From an uncultured Gemmatimonadaceae bacterium (GTDB lineage: Bacteria > Gemmatimonadota > Gemmatimonadetes > Gemmatimonadales > Gemmatimonadaceae), in assembly GCA_963761305.1 (NCBI GenBank), contig CAVXGK010000002.1, positions 2,048,001 through 2,112,000 of the forward strand: a stretch of DNA of 64,000 nt, read 5' to 3'. The notes beneath the pieces were generated by a model. It did not search any database. It saw only the letters and a program-made list of their open reading frames with translations, and was not told where the DNA came from. Of this stretch, positions 29,531-39,028 are shown in pieces; the stretch's first letter is position 1, and each line of letters starts with the position of its first letter. Both the position numbers and the translations under genes were made by a program.

Positions 29531-29852
29531 CCGTCACCTCGCGTTCACGGGAGGAACTGCCGTAGAGTGCCTCTGCCTACACGCCCGCGGCGATGACGGG
29601 CACGGATCCGGGTGGGGGCGGACCCAGCGAAGGTAGGTCAACTCACAGCCAACGGCTAGCCGTTTACCGGAGCGGTTTCAAGCCGGAAGACTGCACGTCA
29701 ATTCGAGAACCGTCAAAGCGCATCGGCCGGCGGCTGGCGTCGATTGTACCCCTTCTGTTGTCGGACTTGTCGGTCTGGGCCTTGTCGACCATGTTGGCAA
29801 TCGCCGCGAACGACTCGAACTACCCGGTCCCCCTCCCCACCGGAGCTCCCCC

Positions 29853-30491
29853 ATGAGAAACACCCACAAGACGATCAGTCTCGCCGTCGGCTTCATGAGC
29901 CTCGCGTCCGCGCTGACTGCGCAATCGATCTCCATCGGACTGCGCGGTTCCGGCACTCTCCCGACTGGTGCGTTCTCGCAGACTCAAACTGCGGCACCGT
30001 CGGCCGATGCGACGCTCCAGGGAGCGAAGTCGGGATTCGGGTATGGGCTCGACGCGGGACTCTCGGTCGCCTTCATCGGAGTCTACGCCAGCTTTGACCA
30101 CATCCAGTTCGATTGCCAGACGGCGACGTGCCAAACCGATGGCAAGTACACGCTGCAGGGCGTGACGGCTGGCGTGAAGCTCTTCCTCCCGAGCGTGTCG
30201 ATCGCTCGCCCGTACATCAAGGGCGGAGTCACGTTCAACGATTTGGAGGGTGGGTACGGCGGCCAGTCATCCAACGCGCTCACGACGAACTATGCCCCCG
30301 GCTACGAGGTCGGTGGCGGCTTGGACGTGTCGATGTTGGGGATCCTCAGCTTCTGCCCGCAGCTGCGATACGTGGGACAGAATCTCAAGGCAAAGATTCC
30401 GGGCGTGATTGCACCCAATCCCACGGGCCAAGCCGTGAACTACTTCGCTTTCGACCTCGGCTTGTCGGTGCACACGCCGTTCGGACGATAG
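29853..30491 (+). CDS. Outer-membrane beta-barrel protein (small, porin/OmpA-like)
   Basis: Signal peptide, amphipathic strands, RPYIKGG, terminal FDLGLSV. Confidence 0.8.
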   Translation: MRNTHKTISLAVGFMSLASALTAQSISIGLRGSGTLPTGAFSQTQTAAPSADATLQGAKSGFGYGLDAGLSVAFIGVYASFDHIQFDCQTATCQTDGKYTLQGVTAGVKLFLPSVSIARPYIKGGVTFNDLEGGYGGQSSNALTTNYAPGYEVGGGLDVSMLGILSFCPQLRYVGQNLKAKIPGVIAPNPTGQAVNYFAFDLGLSVHTPFGR

Positions 30492-30514
30492 CGTCGCCGC
30501 CGCAAACAGCGCCC

Positions 30515-30955
30515 TTACTGTCGGAGTGCTGGGGGAGTGGGGACCTCGACCTCGCGAATCAGTCGCGTGGACGCGGTGCCGTTGTCGATCGTAGTCACGC
30601 CTTCCAGCATGTCCGGCGCCGTCAACGAGCCATCGAACTGTTCGTGCACGGGCGGGCGCGGGCTGCCGACAGTCGTGAGAAGCGTGAGATCGAGATGGAC
30701 ACGTCCGTTTGCGATCGCTCCGGCGATCGCGATCGTCCCACCACAACATGCCTCTCCTGACCACGTGCCGGTTCCTGTGACCGTGCTCCCCGCCACCGTG
30801 AGCGTCCAGATGTTGCTCGACCCCGGGACCTCGCTTGCGGTGATCCAAGTGCCGTTCAGGTTCGACGGCAACGGTGCGACAGCATCGCTACCGCACCCAA
30901 CAGTCGCTATCGCGGGCAGCCAGGCCAGGGCCGCGACGAACAGGTATCGTCTCAC
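30515..30955 (-). CDS. Hypothetical lipoprotein
   Basis: VGC lipobox, LNGTW start of beta-rich domain. Confidence 0.7.
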   Translation of the reverse strand: MRRYLFVAALAWLPAIATVGCGSDAVAPLPSNLNGTWITASEVPGSSNIWTLTVAGSTVTGTGTWSGEACCGGTIAIAGAIANGRVHLDLTLLTTVGSPRPPVHEQFDGSLTAPDMLEGVTTIDNGTASTRLIREVEVPTPPALRQ

Positions 30956-31017
30956 GTTGGCACAACCGCGAATTGTCGTCGTGCGTCACCGCCCAAGAGC
31001 GTTCGCCCTATAAGCAC

Positions 31018-31048
31018 CGCCGGCGCGAGCGGTTGGCTCGCGCCGGCG
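31018..31048. terminator. 13-bp GC hairpin downstream of the phosphoesterase
   Basis: CGCCGGCGCGAGC-GGTTG-GCTCGCGCCGGCG; no clear U-tract, so it may be a stability element instead. Confidence 0.4.
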
Positions 31049-31078
31049 TCTGACCGTCACTGGTGCGAGCGGTTCACC

Positions 31079-32122
31079 TCAGTGGCACGTCCCGCCGCTC
31101 CGATCCCAGACGCGGCCGCCGGCTTCGACGAACTCCGACCGCCACGCGTTGTCGCCCAGCGTGAGCTTCAGAACGCCCGCGCGACCTTCGATGTGATAGG
31201 CCGAGTTCGCGTCGAGGGCGTTGAATCCGCGAAGCTCCTCGCCGCCCGTGCCGGCGACGATTTCGGTGATGCCTTTCGTCGTATCGAGCACGCCCGCGGG
31301 TGTCATGGGACGAAACCGCTCATAGTCGTGGTCGTGACCGTTGAGAACGAGATCGACGCCATTGTCGTACAACGTCTGCCAGATCGGAGTGAACTTGGCG
31401 TCGTTGCCGTGCCAGCCAGAGCTGAAACGCGGATTGTGCCAATACGCGATCGTGCACGCAGCCTCGTGATTTTTTAGATCCTGCTCGAGCCACTTCATCT
31501 GAGCGTCGCGGTCCGCGTCCGAGAACTCCGAGCCGACGACTGTCTCGCTGTTGAGCGCGATGACGTGCCATTTCCCGACGTCATAGCTGTAGTTGCCCGT
31601 TCCGTCGACGCCGGCGGCCTTGCCGAAGTACTTGAAGTACGGCGCAGCCTTGGCCGTCGCGTAATCGTGGTTGCCCGGAGTCGGATGCATGTTTTCCATG
31701 ATCTCGAACTTCGGATTTCCCCACGACGGCGTGAAGCAGTTCGCGAACTGTGCCTCGCTTCCGCTCGAGTAGACGTTGTCGCCCAGCGTGAACGTCGTCG
31801 TCGGGATGTTGGCAACGCTGTCCGACTTGATAACGCTGTCGACGAGCATCGCCGTCGCGAGCCCGAGTTTCTGGGTGCAGCTCGCTATGTCGCCGACGCC
31901 GACCATCACTTGACCGGTGAGGTCCGCCGTCGCCGCCAAAGGCTCGCTCGCGGTAACGCCGGCGAGGAGGGGGCCACCCGGCTTCACCGCCTGCGGTCCG
32001 CCGGTCTGGCGCACTTGGGGGTCGGCCGCGGGCACCGGAGTCACGTGCATAGCCGGCTTGCACTGCGTGAGCAGAAGCAGGCTCGCAGGAAGGAAGCGGG
32101 CTGCGTGTTTGAGTTTTATCAC
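31079..32122 (-). CDS. Calcineurin-like metallophosphoesterase, probably a lipoprotein
   Basis: GDIA, GDNVY, GNHDY, WHNP, GHDHDYER. Confidence 0.92.
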   Translation of the reverse strand: MIKLKHAARFLPASLLLLTQCKPAMHVTPVPAADPQVRQTGGPQAVKPGGPLLAGVTASEPLAATADLTGQVMVGVGDIASCTQKLGLATAMLVDSVIKSDSVANIPTTTFTLGDNVYSSGSEAQFANCFTPSWGNPKFEIMENMHPTPGNHDYATAKAAPYFKYFGKAAGVDGTGNYSYDVGKWHVIALNSETVVGSEFSDADRDAQMKWLEQDLKNHEAACTIAYWHNPRFSSGWHGNDAKFTPIWQTLYDNGVDLVLNGHDHDYERFRPMTPAGVLDTTKGITEIVAGTGGEELRGFNALDANSAYHIEGRAGVLKLTLGDNAWRSEFVEAGGRVWDRSGGTCH

Positions 32123-32460
32123 GGCAGAACTCCTGCAGTCGAGAGCCAAGGCGGGAGCGGAGCCGAACACACGAGGCCGCCGCACGGGTGGCCGGAGCAG
32201 GCTGAGGAATTGCGCGCCTGTCCGCGGAACCATCCGATTTCCCGCTCAGCCGCCGTGCAAACGCGTCCGGGCGGGTCATCGTTTACTACACGCTACCGGT
32301 GTCGGTAGATCCCCAATGGCGGGCTCGGCGGCATCGGCCTTAGCGAGCCGGACGGATAGACGCAAGGCGGCGTTGCGCATTTTGTCAGCGTCACGACAGT
32401 TCCATAAAGAGAAGAAAGTGTGGGCCGGCCGGGCACACGTTGAGCTTATGTTGTCAGCCT

Positions 32461-32688
32461 GTGAGCGCCGCCGATCAAACACTGTCCCTCGTCCGCCGGC
32501 AACTGGTGCGTCTTCGCGCGCGCATGGATCGCGCTCTCTTGAACATCGATCGAGGAACTGAGCAGGGCCGCGTCGCGTGGACGGCGGTGGATGAAGCCAA
32601 AGTCATCGTGCAGGGTCTTGGTGTCGCCGTCGGCCCGCTCACCGAGGAAGACTTGCGCGCCGAGGGGGAGCAGAGGGCCAAGGGCTAG
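32461..32688 (+). CDS. Small hypothetical helical protein
   Basis: GTG start; plausible amphipathic sequence filling an intergenic gap. Confidence 0.5.
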   Translation: MSAADQTLSLVRRQLVRLRARMDRALLNIDRGTEQGRVAWTAVDEAKVIVQGLGVAVGPLTEEDLRAEGEQRAKG

Positions 32689-32750
32689 TTCTCCGCGCAC
32701 CGCCTCCGCACTCGTCCCAGTTCTCCGCACGCCGCTTCCGCACTCGTCCC
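32687..32750. repeat. 2 x 32-bp unit AGTTCTCCGC-N3-CCGC-N2-CCGCACTCGTCCC
   Basis: Read directly, downstream of Uma2. Confidence 0.85.
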
Positions 32751-32807
32751 ACGCGCGACCTTAGGCCGCGATGAGGAGTCGATCGGAGTCGATGACGGCG
32801 CCCGAGC

Positions 32808-33356
32808 TCAGTTGGAGTCGATGAAAATGTCGACGAGCCGAATCTCGAGCGACTCGTCCACGTCCGGAGGACTCCACGTCAAGACGTCGCGGACAGTGCG
32901 CTCCAACTCGTTCCGTGCGATCACGGTGACGGTCTTTCGCTCGGGGTCGACGATCCAATATTCCGGGACCCGAGCGTCCGCGTAGAACGTTCGTTTCTGC
33001 ATCCGGTCACGTTTGCGCGTGGAAGGCGACAAGACCTCGACGATCAGCGACGGAAGCGGCGCCGTTGCCCAATCCGTCTCGGCGTGACCCCACGGCTGTC
33101 GAACCATGAGATCGGGCTCGACCTCCGAGTCCTCGAACCTGAGCACGGCGCGCGGATGGTAGACGAGCCCGAGCCCGTTCGCGACCACGTATGGCGTGAG
33201 TCGCCCCGACAGGGCGGCGAGGATGGATTCGTGTTGGCCGCTCGGCGCGGGCGTCACGAACAGTTCGCCTCGGACTAGCTCGTACTTGTTCCCGTCGTCG
33301 GGAAGGCTGTGCAATTCGTCGAGCGTCCAGCGCTTGGTCTCGATCGCCACCTGCAT
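32808..33356 (-). CDS. Uma2 family PD-(D/E)XK endonuclease (copy 1)
   Basis: LPDDGNKYELVRGEL, EPDL, VEVLSPST, YWIVDP; GAGGAAGGA RBS. Confidence 0.95.
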   Translation of the reverse strand: MQVAIETKRWTLDELHSLPDDGNKYELVRGELFVTPAPSGQHESILAALSGRLTPYVVANGLGLVYHPRAVLRFEDSEVEPDLMVRQPWGHAETDWATAPLPSLIVEVLSPSTRKRDRMQKRTFYADARVPEYWIVDPERKTVTVIARNELERTVRDVLTWSPPDVDESLEIRLVDIFIDSN

Positions 33357-33471
33357 GATCCGTCCTTCCTCGGCGAAGATTTGGCCCCGAGCATGCGCCG
33401 AAGATGCGAGCTCGCGCCCGAAGCACCGTCATCGCGCCAACGCGGGCAGGATCATGATTGCGCGAGGACGC

Positions 33472-33511
33472 CGGCCGAGCATACGCTCGGCGAAAGCGCC
33501 GAGTCAAGCGG
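33472..33511 (-). promoter_or_regulatory. Sigma70-type promoter TTGACT-N18-TATGCT with overlapping palindromes
   Basis: -35 at 33507-33502, -10 at 33483-33478; nearly identical block at 53007-53046. Confidence 0.75.
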
Positions 33512-33516
33512 CCGTG

Positions 33517-33612
33517 CGCTCTCCGCACCCCGCCCCCGCACTCGTTCCAGTTCTCCGCACCCCGCCCCCACACTCGGTCCAGTTCTCCGCACCCCGCCCC
33601 CGAACTCCGCCC
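33517..33612. repeat. 3 x 32-bp unit AGTTCTCCGCACCCCGCCCCCRCACTCGNTCC
   Basis: Read directly; same family and orientation as 32687-32750. Confidence 0.88.
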
Positions 33613-33621
33613 TCGCACGGC

Positions 33622-35571
33622 CTACATCTTCCACCCCAACAAATTCCACTGCATCAGCGACCACGCGAACAACAGCGCGACGACCGTCGCCGCACTGAAG
33701 CGGAGCCGCGCCGCGCGCGTCCCCGCGCCGACCAGCCACTGGCGGAACGCGAAGATCACCGCGCCGAGCACGCAAATCGTTCCGATGACCGGCAGGGCAA
33801 GCGCGATCTTCACCGACGTGAGCGGTCCATTGAGCAGCCCGCCGCCTGACGCGCTGGCGATCGCCACGATCGCGATCACGAACACGATCTGCAGCGCCGC
33901 CGCGGTGACGAGAAGCCAACGACCCTGCAAGGCATCCTCCCGCCGCGGTTCGCCGAACCAGCGTCTGAACACTCGCCCGATCGCGGCCAGCACCACTCCA
34001 ACGAAGACGACAACGCCGAGTCCGAGAATGAACCAGTGGAGCGTCACCGATTGGCTGGCCGGGACGCGCTCCATCGTCATCATCGGCGCGGGGCCGAAGA
34101 ACCCGCGCACTATGTGACCGCCGCTGTCCGCCTGAAACGCGACCAGCGCGTCGCCGAGCTCCTCGCGATAGAGGAGTGGGCCGACCGGCAGGAGCCGCGA
34201 ATCGCCGAGCGCCGAGTGCATGACCAGGCGTCCGCTGTCGGCCCTGATGCGAATGTCGCCGGCGAGGCCGATCGCCTTCTGAAAGGTGGTGAAGGAATGG
34301 CGATTGAACTCGTACTCGCCCTGGACGAGCTGCGCCTCTTTCGTCGCGTCGGCCGGCATCGCGACAACGGACGGGGTGATTGGATAGTAGTGATCGAGGA
34401 ACTGCGTCTGGAACTGGTCGAAGCTGAGCTCACCGCCCGTGTTCGTGTTGTAGGAGACGAACACGCCCAGCTTTTCGTCCGGGATGAGCTCCAGGTCGGT
34501 GTGGAACCACTGCGTGTCGCCGCCGTGCCCGATGACTCGCAAACCGTGACTGGACTTCTCGTAGAAACCGAGCGCGAAGCCGGGGAGCCGAGGATCGTGA
34601 CCGAAGGCGCGCGCGTGCATCCGCTTGGCGGTGGAGTCGGCGAGGATGCGCTGGCCATTGAGCACGCCGTCGTTCAAGTGCGCGATCATGAACTTCGCCA
34701 TGTCGGTCGCGCTGGCGGCGATCGACCCCGCCGGCATCGGTTCGACGATCTCGTACTTCTGCGGCATGAACGAGCCACCGGCCCATCCGTAGCCGTCGGA
34801 CATGTCGGCGCGTATACGCGACGGCACGGGCTGGCGTGTCGTCGTCTGCGTCATGCCGAGGGGCGTGAGGACGTGCTGTTCTATATAGTCGTCCCACGGC
34901 ACGCCGGACACGCGCTGCACGACATACCCGGCGAGCGCAGTGGCGTAGTTCGAGTACGACGCGTAGGTACCCGGCGGTCGCACACGCCCCGGAATGTGCG
35001 TGGCGAGCCAACGCCCAAGCGGGATGAGCGTCGTCGAATCGGCGCTGATGAGGTCCCGTGAGTCTTCTTCAAACCCCGGCGTGTGGGTCATGATGTGCCG
35101 CAGCGTGATCGGCTGCGGGAAGGTCGCCGGGATCTTGAAGTCGAGGTAGCGATTGACGTCGGTGTCGAGATCGAGCTTCCCCTGTTCCACCAGTTGCATC
35201 ACGGCCGTCCAGGTGAACAGCTTGCTCGTCGACCCGATGCGAAAGAGCGAATGCTCGGCGTCGACCGGCTTGCGTTTGTCGACGTCGGCGTAACCGTAGC
35301 CCTTGGCGAAAAAGAGCGCGCCGTCTTTCACGACCGCGACGGTCGCACCGGCGACGTGCTTGTCGCGGAGGTTGGCGTCCATGATTCCGTCGACGAACGC
35401 CTCGAGCTCGGCGCGGTCGTGCACGCCGCGCGTGGCGGCGGCCGGTGTCGGCGGTGGCGGCGTTTCGCTGCGCGGCTTCGGCGTGAGCTGTCGGACCGGC
35501 GTCGGCTGCTGCGCGAGGAGCGACGAGGAAAGCAGGCAGATCGCGGCGAGCGAGAGGCGGGGCGTCTTCAT
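33622..35571 (-). CDS. Serine hydrolase (beta-lactamase class C/PBP fold) with C-terminal membrane helices
   Basis: FRIGSTSK (SxxK), YSN, GHGG; signal peptide. Confidence 0.93.
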   Translation of the reverse strand: MKTPRLSLAAICLLSSSLLAQQPTPVRQLTPKPRSETPPPPTPAAATRGVHDRAELEAFVDGIMDANLRDKHVAGATVAVVKDGALFFAKGYGYADVDKRKPVDAEHSLFRIGSTSKLFTWTAVMQLVEQGKLDLDTDVNRYLDFKIPATFPQPITLRHIMTHTPGFEEDSRDLISADSTTLIPLGRWLATHIPGRVRPPGTYASYSNYATALAGYVVQRVSGVPWDDYIEQHVLTPLGMTQTTTRQPVPSRIRADMSDGYGWAGGSFMPQKYEIVEPMPAGSIAASATDMAKFMIAHLNDGVLNGQRILADSTAKRMHARAFGHDPRLPGFALGFYEKSSHGLRVIGHGGDTQWFHTDLELIPDEKLGVFVSYNTNTGGELSFDQFQTQFLDHYYPITPSVVAMPADATKEAQLVQGEYEFNRHSFTTFQKAIGLAGDIRIRADSGRLVMHSALGDSRLLPVGPLLYREELGDALVAFQADSGGHIVRGFFGPAPMMTMERVPASQSVTLHWFILGLGVVVFVGVVLAAIGRVFRRWFGEPRREDALQGRWLLVTAAALQIVFVIAIVAIASASGGGLLNGPLTSVKIALALPVIGTICVLGAVIFAFRQWLVGAGTRAARLRFSAATVVALLFAWSLMQWNLLGWKM

Positions 35572-35665
35572 ATGTAGGGCTTCCGTGACGGCGGGGAGGC
35601 GAAGCTAGCCTTTGGGTCGCTGGGCAGCTAGGTGGGTTGTCCTGAACCGCCGCGACAAAGACGAG

Positions 35666-35833
35666 ATGGCGCACACCGGCGCAGTGCGTCGGTGGGGCAT
35701 TTTCTGGCCGGACCTCGAACCCGGCGTCGGAAGCGAGCAAAAGGGCGAGCGACGCCACGTAATCGTCGTGTCGAACGACGGGTTCAACGCCGCGTTCCCC
35801 GTCGTCACCGTGGTCCCGGCGACGAAGGTGTAG
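35666..35833 (+). pseudogene. Truncated PemK/MazF family toxin
   Basis: RRWGIFWPDLEPGVGSEQKGERRHVIVVSNDGFN..VVTVVPAT, then stop at about half normal length. Confidence 0.8.
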
Positions 35834-35849
35834 GCAGACCCAACGCTGG

Positions 35850-38438
35850 TCACGGCTCGCGATCCACGCGCTTTGCCGTAAAGCCGTAGGTGGGGTCGAG
35901 CAGCGACAGCGCCGCGACTTTATCGCCTTTGAACGTGAACTCCCACATGCCATCGAATGGTCTGGCAGTTCCGACGAACCGGCTGGGCGACAACGCGGTG
36001 AGCGGAGTCCCCACTGCGAGGTCCCGCCCCGATGGTTCGCCCGGCCGGCCGGAGTTTATCAGCGTGAGCACGCCGCCGCGCAACTCCGTCGCGAACCCGT
36101 ACTCATAGTGCCCGACAAACCGCGCCAGTGCGGTGTCCGACAGCTTCAACCCCGCAACGCGCTGGAACGAACGCGCACTCGCGCCGGTCCCGGTCGCGAC
36201 GCCGGAATTGTCGAACCGAAAGTGCTCGACCGGGACTTCTTCCTTCACGAGAGCGTTCTTGCAGGTACCCGGCACGAACGAACCGTCGGCTAACGGAATC
36301 AGGCAGTGCGCCGGCGACTCGACGCCGGCAACCGTTCGACTCATGGCGAGCCCCGCCGAATCCGACCACACACTCACCACGTCGGGTGACGCCGCGGTCG
36401 TCGATGACACGTACGCGCCGACCAGCTTGACCAGCGCCGCGTTCGAGGGCTCGTCAATCGCGAGCGATGTGCCGGTTGCCGCCACGCGCATCGCGGCTTC
36501 GGTGACGGGTCCCACTCCGAACGCAATTCGCTGCAGAGCCGACAACGGGCCTCGCGCCGGATAGTAATCCGTCGCCACTTCGAGTACATACACGCCGGGT
36601 GCCGCGGGCGTCCACTCGAAATCGTACGTCTCGCCGACGTCCATCCGCTGCTTCGCTTCTGTCTCGACGCGATTCGCCGCTGGCAGCGTGGCACCGTCCC
36701 TCGCGAACGGGCGCCACATCGCCGGCTTGTCGTTCAGCAGGAGGCGAATGCTCTTCACGTCGTCCAGGCTGATTTGCGTGAACCTCAGCCGGTACGTCTT
36801 TCCAACACTGAAATGCTGGCTCGGCTGAAGGCCCCGACCGTTGATCGCGGCGTCGGCGTCCAACGTCGCTCCGCGCGAGGCGAGCACGAACAGCCGGTCG
36901 GTGTCGGTGTTCAGCGCGTGGCCGCGATCGAGCACGATCAACGTCCCGTACAGCCCCTGCGCCAGCCTCGCCCCGAGCTCACCATGCGTGTGGTACATGA
37001 ACGTGCCCGCTCGCGGCGGAGTGATGTAGACGCTCATCGTATCCGCTGGCGGAATCATTCCGCGCGTCTGGCCCGGTTCACCGCTCCAATGCGCGACCCC
37101 GTCGTAGTAGCTCTCGAGCTCGAGGCCGTGCCAATGCACGCCGAGCGGAAACGGCAGGCGATTGTGCACCACGATACGTGTCGGCTCACCCTGCTCGAGA
37201 ATGAGCGGGCTTCCCGGCACTTCTATGGAATCAGGTGCCGGAGGCCGATTGCCGCGCTGAAGGACGAACCCGTAGCCTGCCGAGTCATCGAAGACGTGCG
37301 GCCGCAGCCCGGTCCAGAGGTCCAGTCGGCGAGCGTTCGCCGGAGGCGTCGTCGCGACCGCCGTGCGCGGGCGGATGGTGATACCGAGAATCAGTCCGCC
37401 CATCCCGCGATCGCCCGGCATGTCGCTCGTCGACGCGACGGCGAGTGATTCGGCCGAGTATTTTTGGACGTCGCTCGAGTGCCGAATGAGGTGGCAGTGG
37501 AACAGCCAGTTGCCGGGGCGATCCGCGATCCATGAGAGCTGCATCGTCGAGATGTCGCGCATGCCCTCGGTCACTTCGAGCGGCCTTGGGCTGTTGACGA
37601 TCGTGTCCGCCTGCCCGTCGCCACGCGAGTTCACGGTGAAATAAAATCCGTGCAGATGCAGCGGGTGATACACACGGCTGACGTTGATCACGCGCCAGTG
37701 AACGGTGTCGCCTTGATCGTAGGTAAGCCGCTCGGTGTGCGGCCAAGAGAGTCCGTTGAAACTCAGGCGAAACGTCACGTCCGCCGGCTCCAACGGTGAG
37801 GCGTAGCTCGTGATGACGAAGATTCGTTCATTCGCAGGTGGAGGCGTGTCGGCAGGATCGACGATGAATGCGCCAACCAAAGGTCCTTCGATGCTCCCCG
37901 CGGCGGGTATTGTGAACTGGTTTTCCGCCAGCGTGTCCGTGCTGTTTGGCAGCCGGCGAGCAAAGTAGAACGACGTCACGGCTCGAGTCGGGGTGAAACG
38001 CACCTCGCGCTCCTCGCCGGGAGCGAGTCGCAGTGCAGGCTGTCGCACAAAGCCTGGCAGGCCGTTCACAGCCGTATCACCTGGCACCCGATCGCTCAGC
38101 CCACGAACCCGCACGGCGCGAGTGAGCGTGTTGCGAACGGAAACGCGTACCGGAGTACCCGCGCGCATTCGCAGCAGCGGCCCGGGCACCTGCGGCGCGT
38201 GTCCGCGCTCGGCGAATCCGATCGCGGGAACGAGCGGACCTCGCGGCCCACGGGGCGACCAGGTGAGGTCGACGACGTCGAGCTCGACCCGAAGCTCTCC
38301 GTCTACTATCCGGCCTGCGGGAGTGCGCTGATCGTTCGCCACGGCATGAAGGGCAGCCCTGCGCGGAAACGTTGTTCGGGGGACCGCAATGGCGGTGAGA
38401 GCGGTCGCTGCCATGAGTACACCGAGCCGAGTCTGCAT
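35850..38438 (-). CDS. Multicopper oxidase with reversed motif order (copy 2)
   Basis: Colinear paralog of 26951-29530 with the same motifs. Confidence 0.9.
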   Translation of the reverse strand: MQTRLGVLMAATALTAIAVPRTTFPRRAALHAVANDQRTPAGRIVDGELRVELDVVDLTWSPRGPRGPLVPAIGFAERGHAPQVPGPLLRMRAGTPVRVSVRNTLTRAVRVRGLSDRVPGDTAVNGLPGFVRQPALRLAPGEEREVRFTPTRAVTSFYFARRLPNSTDTLAENQFTIPAAGSIEGPLVGAFIVDPADTPPPANERIFVITSYASPLEPADVTFRLSFNGLSWPHTERLTYDQGDTVHWRVINVSRVYHPLHLHGFYFTVNSRGDGQADTIVNSPRPLEVTEGMRDISTMQLSWIADRPGNWLFHCHLIRHSSDVQKYSAESLAVASTSDMPGDRGMGGLILGITIRPRTAVATTPPANARRLDLWTGLRPHVFDDSAGYGFVLQRGNRPPAPDSIEVPGSPLILEQGEPTRIVVHNRLPFPLGVHWHGLELESYYDGVAHWSGEPGQTRGMIPPADTMSVYITPPRAGTFMYHTHGELGARLAQGLYGTLIVLDRGHALNTDTDRLFVLASRGATLDADAAINGRGLQPSQHFSVGKTYRLRFTQISLDDVKSIRLLLNDKPAMWRPFARDGATLPAANRVETEAKQRMDVGETYDFEWTPAAPGVYVLEVATDYYPARGPLSALQRIAFGVGPVTEAAMRVAATGTSLAIDEPSNAALVKLVGAYVSSTTAASPDVVSVWSDSAGLAMSRTVAGVESPAHCLIPLADGSFVPGTCKNALVKEEVPVEHFRFDNSGVATGTGASARSFQRVAGLKLSDTALARFVGHYEYGFATELRGGVLTLINSGRPGEPSGRDLAVGTPLTALSPSRFVGTARPFDGMWEFTFKGDKVAALSLLDPTYGFTAKRVDREP

Positions 38439-38444
38439 GTCGGA

Positions 38445-38916
38445 TCAGCTCTTCTTGTATGACACGGTGTGGATCACCGGCTTGCCGCCGCCGGGTGCCG
38501 GCAGGGTGGCTACGAGCACGAGGTGTCCCGAGGCGTCGAGCGAATAGGCAAATGTGGCTGTGGCGGGCGCGGTCATCGCGTCATCGTCGTGACGAGCGTC
38601 GAGCCTTCCCACTTGGCGCGCGTCACGAGTTCGAACTCGTTGCCGTTGCCATCCGTCATCATCTTCTTGCTGTCGGTGCCGTCGAGATTGTAGACGGACT
38701 TCGAATCATTGCGGCCCATCGACGGCACGGTCATCATCACTGCCTTCGCGTCTTGCACGATCGTCATCGCATCCGGCGCGCCGCCATGCCCATCGCCGGG
38801 GCGTTGGGGTCGACGATCCGGGTCCAGGTGCCGGCGAAGTTCGGCGTCTGGGCGGCGAGGTTCGCGGCGCCAACAACCAACGCCGCCGCGGTCAGAAAAA
38901 ATACTGTACGTCGCAT
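38445..38916 (-). pseudogene. Frameshifted paralog of secreted protein 42357-42836
   Basis: Three consecutive frames give ..QTPNFAGTW.. / MTIVQDAK..KWEGST / ..SLDASGHLV..YKKS. Confidence 0.85.
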
Positions 38917-39028
38917 GGGAAACGCTCCGGTATGAGGCCGGTGGCTGACCGCCGGCGTTTGGCAGGTACCTCGTGAGCGACAGGCCGCGAATCGTCGCGA
39001 CCTTGTTTGCATGCCCTTTTCCTTTGTC

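Noticed and set aside
29531..29852. Riboswitch or ncRNA in long intergenic gaps (also 9680-9800, 13910-14138, 32123-32460)
   Set aside because: No consensus I can recognise; an Rfam/Infernal scan would be needed
33622..35571. Antibiotic-resistance beta-lactamase
   Set aside because: The fold family is broad, and the size and membrane tail fit generic serine hydrolases or peptidases
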